A stretch of 64,000 bases of DNA from Bugula neritina (Eukaryota; Animalia; Bryozoa), in the NCBI GenBank assembly GCA_964035545.1, contig OZ037769.1, positions 11,686,633 to 11,750,632 on the forward strand, written 5' to 3'. Made by a program: the position numbers and the translations under genes. Below, in pieces: positions 25,101-37,907 of the stretch. How positions within the stretch are numbered: the stretch's first letter is position 1; every line of letters starts with the position of its first letter. The notes beneath the pieces are model-generated. The model was not told where the DNA came from and did not search any database. It worked only from the letters and a program-made list of their open reading frames with translations.

Positions 25101-28100
25101 ACTCAAATGCAGATTTGTAAGATTAGATTTTAAATCTTCTATTTCTGAATTTTGTATAGTAATCACAGCAGTTTGAGTGATTGAATCCACAAATATGAAC
25201 CAAGAGTGAAAAAGTGTACAGAAAATCTTTAAATCTGTCTCCTAATTAAGTTTGAATGCTAATTTTTGTGTAGCTTTAGCACCTATGGTAAAGGATTTGA
25301 GAAACAAGAAGGGCCGTCAAACATATGTTGAGGTGTACTCTGCTATCATATGCCTAATATACTCAGTCTATGTCTGAAATCCTCACATTATAGTCTTGCA
25401 ACATAACAGATCTACTATTTGCAACAGTTATTTTAAGCAGTGATACTAAACATAGCACTCTATACACTTGACTAATGCTGCTGCTGCCGTGGGTACCCTA
25501 CCGAGTGTAACAACTTATTCACCATCCTAAGGCAACAGTATGTCTAAATGTCACATTATGTGGTAGTTAGCTGTTCACACTTAACTAATCAATTTCTCTC
25601 CATACACCATTAGCTGTATTATCTCCCATGTATATATAGTTAGAGCACATTTAAAGGCAAGTTATGGAATTAACAAAATTATCCATTTTCATAATTCGAT
25701 AAAATATTCCCATAGCTTGAATTTACAATTATTATGTAATGGAACAGCTAGATGATTTGTGTAGAATGAGAATTAAATGTCCGCCAAATTATCAAATTTG
25801 CACATTATAAAATTTATTGCTAGCTTTAGTTGACATGAGTTATAAAAATAGATTGATTTGCAATCAGTTAAATAACATGCAGCAGAATAGAATAGCATAT
25901 AGTAGAATAGCACATAGTAGAATAGCATATAATAGAATAGCATATAATAGAATAGCATATAATAGAATAGCATATAGTAGAATAGCATATAATAGAATAG
26001 CATATAGTAGAGTAGCATATAGTAGAATAGTATATAATAGAATAGTATATAGTAGAATAGCATATAATATAATAGCATATAATAGAATAGCATATAGTAG
26101 AATAGTATATAGTAGAATAGTATATAGTAGAATAGTATATAGTAGAATAGCATATAATAGAATAGCATATAGTAGAATAGGATATAATAGAATAGTATAT
26201 AGTAGAATAGCATATAGTAGAATAGTATATAGTAGAATAGTATATAGTAGAATAGCATATAGTAGAATAGTATATAGTAGAATAGTATATAGTAATTTAA
26301 TTGTCAATAACAAGTGAGGGACAAAACCTAATAATGGAGAAGTAGCTCCAAATCTCAAACAGGCGATGTATCTTAGCTAGCATATAAAGTTAAACGATTT
26401 TTACTATTACAGTTATTCTTATACTTTATGACAGCAGCAAGAGAGTAACAAACACCCCAGTTACCAGATTACAATGTTTATTGGATAATTTCAAAAACTG
26501 TTTCATAGCCAGCCTTGTCCAGCAAACTAACATCTCCAAAAACTTAACAACAGCTAGTATATAAATAGAAGCAAGTCAAGTTCATGGCTAGCCAAGTCAA
26601 GTCCATATCGAGTCAAATAATACTCAATAAATTCAAGTATACCTGAGTCTGCAAATATGTCAATAAATGTGAGTAGAACCCAGCTCTGAGTAGCTCTATG
26701 CATATTTGCACTCTAATATTTACTCATACTTACTCTCTATTTACTCTCTATTAACATATCTACTCATATTTACTCTCTATTAACTCCCATATGGACTTAC
26801 TGTCTATTAACACCATAATTTGCATACTATATTTACCAAGCTTCATTTACCCTCTCAACATGGATTAAACAATTATACTAAAGATAGCAAGACCATCAGC
26901 AATGTATCTTGTATTCTTACCATAAAATATTCTTACACTACTCACTCAAGTTTATAGTCACTATCCCTGTGAGAACCCCTGATGGAAAGGATTTATTCAA
27001 CTTATTCGTATGTGGTACAGGAGAAATTATGACTGGATGCTCTTCCTAACATCACCAATGGCCTTTGTCTAGGTTCGAACCCATGACTTCGTGTTTACTA
27101 AGACAATGCTCTAACCCCTAGACCACAGCTGCTCCTAACTCTTACACTAGTGTAACAAGCAATATATTAATATTTAACAAGACTCAATTTAAAATCATTT
27201 AATATCTAAATATAATTATTATAAAGTAATGAGAACCCCACCTTGATATCCTTCCATCACCAGGAAGGAACAAAAAAGGACGAGAATTTATACCTATAGA
27301 CAAAGAGGCAGCAATCCAACTATCCTAACTAATAGAGTGTTATGTGTGCTGACAGTACAGACAGCTCAGTAGTAATATGTCAGCAGAACTTGATGCAGTA
27401 GTTAGGGTGCTGCTGGTTATTGATCTTTGTTTATCAGATGCACCAATATTTATATTTCGTAGATATCCTGATGGCGTATAGTATATAGTATATAGTATAT
27501 TGTATAGATATGAAGGGTAGATATTACGATAGCGTATAGTGTATAGTGTATAGTATAGATATGAAGGGTGAATATTATAGTGGCGTATAGTGTATAGTAT
27601 AGATATGAAGGGTGAATATTATAGTGGCGTATAGTGTATAGTATAGATATGAAGGGTGAATATTATGGTGGCGTATAGTGTATAGTATAGATATGAAGGG
27701 TATATATTATGATGACGTATAATATAGATATGAAGCTTAGATACAAGGTTAGTTATTAGTCTTGTGTATTACAGTATATTATATCATAGTTATTTGTAAA
27801 AAATAAGACGGATAACTGGTGTGTTACAAAAAGCAAAGAATGTAAAAGGCGAAGTGCTATTGGACACAGCCTATTGGGTCAATTACCATGTTTCTGAAGA
27901 GACACTTAAGCTGTCAAATGCAGCAGCGTGTGGATTCTTGCAGGGCTGACTTATATAATTATAGTAGCAGGCAGCATGGTAACAGTCTAGTTCAGAAATA
28001 TTCTATAAATATATTATATTATATTTACACATTCAGCTGTAAATATTGCAACTGTCTGAGAATTTGAAAATGAGACAATAAGGAAATTAATAGCTTAACA

Positions 28101-31100
28101 CACTTGCAGGCTACAATGAACTTGGACTTTGAGTATCATATAAACTTCAACCAATCAGACATCATTTGTTTTGTTTATAACTTGGAATTATTTAAAAAAA
28201 ACAATTAAAATTTGAAGTTATTCTCTCTCAGCACATGGACTATTCTCACCTTATGTTTACATCCTATAGTAATTTAGACATATTTATATTGTGTAGCCCT
28301 AACTACCTCAAGTGTTTAGTAAAGACGTAGTGAAGTGAGAGAGTTATTGTACAGAGCTAGCCTTGCCAATGCACAGCTATCAGGAGTTGTCCCCCAGGTT
28401 TAATAAAAATGACTAATCTTTACTTCAATAAACAGTATCAAGATTCTACAAGTATTATAATCATATGAAATCTGAACATCCAAGTCAAAATTTTTCTGTA
28501 AGTAAAGTAATAGCAAACTTGAAAAAAACTTGTGTTTTAGATAATAAATGTAGTAAAAGAAGTTATGCTCTCATGACAATCTCAACTTGCTCAAACAAAC
28601 CAAAATTCATAAAGACAATTAAAAAATTAATGCTATTGAAACTTTTTGATGACTGTAGGTAAATGATTAGTATTAGTTTATATTAAATTAGAGTTGATGT
28701 AATAAATTGACTGTAGGCTTTGGAAATACAGAGTTATCTGCCCATCAGATAACCAAAGTATTTTACAGTTAGGCTATTCATCCAAATCTTTCCACCTGAT
28801 TATCCTTTTAAAATACACTTCTATTGCTTATTTTACCTAGAAAATTTTAAAACCCCTTTCTATAAAAAAACTAAATTCGGAATTTTATCTTTCATTAAAC
28901 ACCAAGTGTACATGCATGTACAAATAACAAATAATAACAATAACATTATTTACACCATAATCCTAGTATATGTAAATAATGGAGAACAGGGAAAGGCAAA
29001 TTTGAGATAAAATCTTCAAAAAGCATCCCAAGTCAAACTGCTAATGTTTATATTTTAGGAAGTGAATTTTAAGATCTGAAGGCTGGTGTGATCATTCAAG
29101 GGTAACCTTTATGACCCCCCATACCTGTGTTTGTGATGCTATCAGCTTTATTTCATTATGGTGAAACTTTACCATGAATTAAACCCATAACCACATGTCA
29201 CATATATTCAAGTTATTCCTCTGTTACTTTGTTACACTTGATGAAGTTGAAATTTTATACAGTCAATGTCAGAAGAATTCTTATATTTGGATGTTACACT
29301 CAACAAGTTAAGGGTCACTGCTTGTAGCTGCAGATAAAGTAACTGGAGTTGTGTTGCCCTGCAGGTAAAGTACAACTGAAGTTAAGTCGCACTGCAGGTA
29401 AAGTATTAAATACTGAAACTCACATGACTTGTGGCTGGCAATTGTGCGCCACATGGTGGAGCTATCCTGTAGAGTTTTCCGCAGGTTGATGGCATCAATC
29501 ACTCGCTGCTTCCTGTCCTTGATCATGATTAGCCTGGAGTCCACCTGAAGGTCACCGAGCGGGCCGGCCGGCACCACCTCGCAATCCTCATCTGTTTTGT
29601 TGACTATAGAAGACAGAGTTGCCCATGGAGCCTGTAACCATAACAACCAGGTAACCATAACAACCAGGTAACCATAACAACCATAACAACCGTGTAACCA
29701 CAACAACTATGTAACCATAACAACGATGTAACCACAACAATGATGTAACCATAACAACAGTGTAACCATAACAACCGTGTAACAATCTTATAATATAATA
29801 ACATATATTGTGTAGTAGGTGGATATAATGCACCAGCTAAGTTTAGCCTTATAACCTAACACATTGCGGGTGGGTATGCAGCAACCACTAAACTCATCTA
29901 AAATTTTGATTACTTTCGGGTTTAGAGCAATGGTGATGCTACTACAACCACACTGTTGGGTTTAGCCTAACAACTTGGTATTAGTAGTGCATACAACATT
30001 ACTTCGGGACTAGTTTAGGCTATAAATTGTATGTTTCCTTCGCAGAATGGACTTTTCATCCGAAGCATGAAAGATAGTAGTGAAAGATAGCATATGTTGC
30101 CGGAATTAAACCAGGTCATGTAAATTCTAAGCGCTTTGCCTAACTTTGTGTTTTTAATTTATTTGAGTCTCATTGTACTAGTCTGGCTCAAGATGCATTA
30201 CCCCTCCCCTCCCTGAGTCACTGCTGCTTCCCTTATTGAATTAAGATAACTAGGAAAATTTAAGTTGATTAATAAAATTTTCAGCTTATGCAAGACCTGA
30301 AGTCTTTTTGCATATACATGCATGTGTTTTTCTAATTTACACTGATTATAGTGTATAGTGAATCCAGAAAATGTAATGATAATTCCTTAATAAGATTAGA
30401 AACTAAAGTGGCATTAGTCACAGACTGCTGAGAAAGGACGATTGGATAGAATACAAGTTATGTCCTTCTGGCAATTAGAAAGCAGCAACACAGCTAGAGA
30501 CACACAGGCTAAAGCCTTAGGGTTCAAGGACATATATCCTAAGACTTGTAGCTGCTCAAACTTTCCCATTTAGCAGTCTGTCTGTGACTTGCATGAAGTA
30601 TTCTCTGTCTAACAATAAACCTCACCTGGAAATTGAAATCCCCAGATAGTCAGGGAAACAAATACTTATAGAATTTCTAGATATGTTACTATTGTATAGT
30701 TTGTATACACTGGTGGTGGTGGTGGCTAATATCCGGTATAGCTTATATTAAAGTAGATAGTGTGTGCCTACACAGTCCCAACTCCACTAACCAATACCCT
30801 GACAGTGTGCATAGCATGATGTATGCTGTATAGCGAGGTTATACAGTAGAGTTTAGAGTATAGATATTAAGATACAATGTGTTGTAGATGACATGTAAAT
30901 TAGCTGTTCCAGAGAAATGGCGCAGGGGAATTGCTAGGAGCAGCACAAAGTTGGGAGGTCATTGAGTGCAGTGTTTGTATCTGAACCCCAAACTATTGCA
31001 CTCAGTAACCACCGATTTTGTGCTGTTAATAGAGAAGAATTCCAACTGGGAGAGCTGACAGAATATATTGATGCCATAATTTTAAAAGATAAAACCTAAA

Positions 31101-34100
31101 CTGAAAACCTTGCAACCATGTATTCAACTTTGACATGAGTTGGATACAGCACCCAGACTAGTTTTGCATTACCACAGGCTAGAAACTGTTGTCTATACTA
31201 TCTGGCTGTACTTTAGCCACCAAGGAGCAGTTATTACCCACATGCGATGTCAAGCACCTTAGAGTATCACGTATACTATCTCATAGTGGTAGAGTATAAT
31301 CAGTCAAATATTATATTATACACAGATACAGTATCTATCAAGTAACCAAATTAGCTAAACACACTATTTCTTCACCACTCTTTTATAAAGTATATAATAT
31401 GAGCAGATGAAACTAGTCTAAAAGCTAAATAGCATTTATATATAAAATATTATTTGGCAGATATTATCAAGCCATAAAAGTATGGGCTTAACTTAATAGA
31501 ATATAGAAAGAGAATAAGGAGTAGATATATAGTGTAACCCAATGGGCAGCTAGTAAAAAATCAAGCAAAATATTTACCATCACAAAATTATTCTGTCAAA
31601 AAGCCTAGTTTATAACATTGAACTGCAGAACCTAAAGTTTACAACAAATACAGCTATAATATACATACAAAATAGTTTTACAACACTATATGCAATGTCA
31701 AGGTTGAATGTTAGAATTATGAAAGGCAAAGAGGAAGTGTTGAGCCTAGTGGGTAGCTTATAGGAACAGGGATCTGGCTTGCGAGGTGGAGAATATGCTG
31801 CAAACTTGAACCTTGGAATATGATATGGCATAGTTACTTATAGATTACACTATATTGGTGTGTACCTTGCTATTGTACAAGTGGTTAAACTGTACCTTGC
31901 CATTGTGTAACTGCTAAACTGCACATTGCTATTGTATAAGCCATAAGGGGTTAAATTATTAGAACATTTCCTTACTATTGAATTGTGCTAAAAACAAAAA
32001 CAACTTTGGGTAGGTACACGTGACTGCTACTAAAATAGGTCATCTGCATTAGAATCACTATATAGTAGAGTGAAAACTAAACGAAATAGCTTCTGATCAG
32101 AAACTTGAAAAAACATAATACAATTATATGCAAATAATTGTGTAATTAAATAGCTATTAATTAAAATTTTCTCCCATATGCAACATGGCCACATTTGAAA
32201 ACAGCTGTTTGGTGCAGATATTTAGACTTTCTCAGTTCGAGTTCCTAATTTTTGATTGAGTTTGGAAGTATGACTACAGACACGTCTCATACTACAAACA
32301 TTATTGGAGAAACTAGTGCTATTATCTGCATGTATTTACCCTGTAAAGAGCCATAGGCTACTAAGTGGCTGGTCACCATAAGCTTATTATATCAGCTTTA
32401 ATAATAATCTATACTAATTGATGAGTACACAATAACCTCTGTTATCTGGTAAGATAGTATACTTCAACTTGGAGTATATTGAGGGGGGTATGAGGCACGC
32501 CTCTGTAGCCCTTACTTTGTCCACGGGTTATAGGTGTGACTGATACATTGCCCAAAGTGTCTCTGTGAATATATTGCTGAGTGGTACTTGTATTGTATCA
32601 ACTACCCAATAAGGAAGCTATAGGCATAACCTACTATAATAAACTGTATAATCTGAAGAAAAGGCAAAGTTTTAATGTAGCCTAAAATCTAGAGTAGTTG
32701 CTGCATTAAATAATTAAAAGGCTAGTATTCCCTGAAACAATCTTTAGAACTTGAAAAAACTGATACCCCACACGTAGCTAGCATTACATAGCCAATGCCA
32801 TTGGGAATGGTTATTCAAATTTAAGTCAACAGTGAAAGTTAGTAGGCTATAGTACGACTCTTCTAGTACTTGTGATGCAGTCATCAAAAGCTGTTTCTCG
32901 TTTCTCCATAGACAAATCATAAAACTTTCAGGAGTTGAAAAAGCAGAGCAAATTGGCACAAGGTGATTAAATGCTGTTTTATTGTTGGGATCCAACAGGA
33001 TGCAAATATAATTTAGACAATAGTACTGATATAAATAGATTATGGTTGCTGATACATTTAATAGATATTGAAGTAGATACTTGCACCAATAGATTATATA
33101 ATAACCAGCTGGCACTGGTTTTGATATCACAGGAAAGTATAATTATCTTCTTCAAAATTAAGATATGACTATTCTTTAAAAAGTTTACTGGTTACTACCC
33201 CCACCCCTATCATAGCTGTGCATGTAGACACCAGGCTAATGCTATCTTCCCATGACTCTCTTGCTTATGCAAAACAAACAAGTTATTTCTAATCTATTTT
33301 TGAAATTCTACTTTTATGTATTTTAACCTACGGCCTGCGATCTTACATGATGTCAAATTTGAGCTGAGGCTGTTGAAAAATCTTCTTCAACATAGAAAAA
33401 AGTATAACTCTAAGTTTATAGTTTACGGGTTTTAGCTCTATGTGAAGCTCTGACACTTTCACACACCCACTACAACTTTCAACACCTAATTTTCAACTAC
33501 TCCTGGCCAGCCTTACACTAGAGTCTACTGTATGTCAACTCACAAACTTAATAGAACTTATAGTTGAAACAAACAGACTAAAATTGAAGGGAAGGAATGG
33601 ACAGAAACACCAAACTTTCAACCTACTTTGAAGCAGGACATTTTATGGCATAAGAAAATAGGCAGCTAAGATGATGATTCTGTTATATCCTCATTTTGTT
33701 GAGTAGACTTGGTGTTCTTCCAGCCAGCATAGAACTTTGACATCCTGTAACAAGTTGAAGAATGTTTGGACTATTGAAAGAAGCCAACTATAATAACTAC
33801 TGCTGTCATCACTTGGCACATCTCTTATAATCAACATTGACTCTGAATTGGGGTCAATTACTATCAAAGGCAGCAAAATGTCTGCTAGTGACAGTATATT
33901 AGCTAAATCATACAATGCTAAAACCGCTTGAGCAAAACTGATTTTATCCCTGCAGTAACTTAAATACAAAACTTAAAAGTAAAGCATGAGTAATTGTAGC
34001 TGGCTTGTTATCACTGTGAGAAGTATGATTATCATTCTGTTATCATATTCATAATGATATGGCAGCTCAAATTGCTAAACCTAAAGTATTAAGTCAGTAC

Positions 34101-37100
34101 TGTAATTATTAATCAGTATAGATTTTGGATGCTTTTGTATTAATCTAATTTACCCTAGCCTACAGCTCAATTGCAGCCATTAATTAATCATTTAATGGTG
34201 GTGTGAAGAATAGTTCTTTTAAAAGTTTTACATTATTATTATTATGATTAATTTATTGCTTGTTAGTCACAGGTCTGCATTTAATTTCTATTTAATACTT
34301 TATAAGTATATAATATAAATATAAAATTAAACATTGTGACTATTGGCCACTGGGATACGATTAAAGTTTACTTGGAATTCCAAAGGCATCTTTTAGCTTT
34401 ACTCGTAATGATATTGATACTGCATACAGTTACACTCACACCATAACCATTGCTCATTGCTAACACACCAACTCTGCCTGCCAGTACCCATGCTTAACAG
34501 CATGAGCATTCAGTGATTCACTGTTGAGCCTTCCAACATAACCTTGGCGGTTTGCTTTGAATTCAAAATAATACTAAGTTTAGTGGTAATATAAATATGA
34601 ATTTAAATATAACTATAAGCATAAGTATAACTATAACTATAAGATTAAGTATAAGTAATAATTTAATTTTTTTATTTCAAAGTTAATCACTAAACAGTAA
34701 GCACTCACTATAAATGTAGATCCCTGCAGCTCTGAGAATTCTCTTGACAACTCCGGATGTAACTGCTAATAATTAATTTGCTTAAAATAAAAAACAAAGT
34801 TTTGTGGCTGAAAGAACCAGCTTTCAAGTTGAATATTTGACTAGCAACCACATGTGTATTCAATCAGAGGGCTCGTTGCTTTCGCGAGCACATGCACTGC
34901 AGGTTGAAAGCAGCACTCTTCAGCGGCCAGTCAGGACTATTGTCTCCTGTCGAGCTTTACGGTGCACAATAACAAGGTGTTGACCACGACTTGATACCGT
35001 ATATCTTTTACTATGCGCCCTAGTTCTCCTACATTATACATGCATGGATCAATATATCCAGTAAATCAAAATATAGATTGGGGATTGCTGGTAACTTAAA
35101 ACTTGAAATGTTATTTCAAGTATCAAACAAACATTAAAGCTTTGTAACCAGCATAATACTTGTTAAGTTGTAGCTGTATTGTTGAATGATGGCAGGTTAA
35201 TGCTTGATCAGTATAATTATATGTTATTGGAAGGAGACGACTACAAAATAACTGCACTCCTGACTATCGTGCACTGCCACAGTGTCTACTGTGCAGGCTG
35301 TAATAACACTATTGAGGTTTGGGTAGGTGGAGTAACGGAGAAATATAGCAATCAAGTTGTGTTCTCACGACACATAGGCCTACATAAAATACACTACTTA
35401 TTACATTATATACCCTTACAATATATTGTAGTACATCTATAACGACACTACATACACTCTAATATATACACTATGCTATAATATATGCACTACCTATTCT
35501 ACACTATATATCATATTACACACCACCTATACATACAATACGCTATACTATATAAGCTTATACACTACTTGCACTAGTATACGGTTAAGATTCTCAACAC
35601 TACCAAAATATAATAATAAAAATCCCCAACATATTTATGCCATACAATTCAAACTATTAGCCCTCTAGCCCTACACAGTTCCCAACAAATTTCAGATAGT
35701 GCTCAAAAACTTTGCCTTGTCTCTTCTTCTCCACCCAAACCATTTTATACCAATGTCATTGAAACTGTGTTTAAAATACTATAGAATAAATTATCACAGG
35801 ACGTTAGAATGTGCATAACTCTAACTGTATTACAATAGTATTAAGAAACTCAAATTGCATTAAAATATGTACCAAGCTTTGAATTTCAATGCTACATTAT
35901 CATAAATTTTTACTTGGCTGTTATAAAATATGTATGTTAACTCTTGTTATATAAAGACTTTCCCTTAGTAGTCCAAGACAATCCTCGCAATATTGGGAGG
36001 CTGGGAAGATGAGGGGGGGGGGTGGAGGGTGGTTCAAACTCACACAACCTATATTGCATTTTACTATTTCAGAAAATATGATCTTTGCAAAATATCAATA
36101 TCCAAAGCTTGATCAGATGAAAAAGCCATGTTGTAAAGCACCGAATACATATTATTTCATTTCAGTTCTATAAAGAGTGCAGATAGAGCTAGTAATTTGC
36201 TTAGCAGCGTAGGGTTAGTCCCTATTTACTGATGACCTGTTTGTTCTTTTTATATATTATAGCTGTTAAAGTATTATATATACACAGTTTCAATTCACTC
36301 TTTTTATATTACTTTGTAAAAGCAATGTTATGGAGGTCTGAAAACGCACATGAAAATTAATGAGCTGAAGGAATTCTTTATAGGACCTTTACCTTTACCT
36401 ATTACCATATATGGAATGTGATCATTTAATGACTGAGTCAGTCAGCAGTTCTTCTTTGTTTATATTTCTGACCAATCAAATTGAGTGATTTATTAGTGCT
36501 ACCTTAATATATTATAGTGAGACGGAAATATGTGCAGTGCTGCTGAAAATGCTGCATGACATTATAATTATTTATAACTGAGAATAAATTGTTTCTGAAA
36601 GTATGCTCCAATATATTGTATATTCTTAGGTATACGTAAATGGTATAAATCACATAATAAAATTATTATATAATTGGTTATTTAGAAAATCTATTCAAGA
36701 TTTAGTAAATTTTTGCTTTTGTCAACAAAATGACTATAATCATACAAAGAGTTACACAAATTCAAAAAAAGTGTTAGATGGTTATAGATTATAGCCAAAG
36801 CAACAGAGATGAGAAGACAACTCTTAAAATCATTACAGAGGGCACCTTATAAGCAGTTGTTAGCAGGATGAAAACTAGGTGGTTACAATCTATGAAGTAG
36901 GTACAAAAGTATTTTGATGACTATAATATAACCTTCAATTACTGGTATATAATCTAAACGTTGCAAACTTTTTTTACGCTAATTTCAGAATTTATATTTA
37001 AAAACGTATAATTATTATATGCAATTATTTTCTGTTTTTTTTGGACATTTGTTCCAAAAATTAAATTACTGGCAGAGGAAGTTCCTAAATTTCAGATTCA

Positions 37101-37833
37101 GGCAACTGTGATCAACATACCTGCCTGTACATGCCCAGACCTGCCTATAGATGCCCAGACCTGCCTGCACATGCCCAGACCTGCCTGTACATGCACAGAC
37201 CTGCCTCTACATGCCCAGACATGTTTTAAATAGTTTTACAAGTACTAAAACATACTTTACTTGATTAATTCTTATATATCGAATATTCAATTTACCCTTA
37301 CAGTGTTTTTATTGTTTTTTGAGCTCCCTTAAGCATACTGCGTGATATAAAGGCAATATTGAATACCAATTGTCATCAATATTATAGCTGCATAACATGC
37401 AACAACTAAAAGTTTTTAATCCAGTGGTGTACTTTAAAGTGAAGTTTGCAACTTGAATAATTATATATTAATTAGATATACACTAATTCATTTCCCTGTA
37501 ATATAATTGCCACACTGTATAGAACGGATGTGATTTCATGCTATAGGCGAACTATTGTACAGCAGTGATTTAATTTTCCATGGTTAGCGATATATATATA
37601 GCCTAGCTACCAAAGCACACAGTTATATAACAATTACACACTGATTTTATGTGGGGAAGTTATCTACACTATGTATATTATACAACTATCTGAGAGTGTA
37701 TAGCTTATCCAAACGCAAGCAATTCATCCATATACTGCTGGTCAAATTTATATATAAATTTCGAAGGTGTGGGCCAAGGCACTCTATTCTGTGCTGATGA
37801 AGGAACAAATCCCGAAAAATATGCTGTTCGCAG

Positions 37834-37907
<74 letters not shown>

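Noticed and set aside
25773-26358. Three ORFs of about 160 aa
   Set aside because: Translations of a 15-bp minisatellite.
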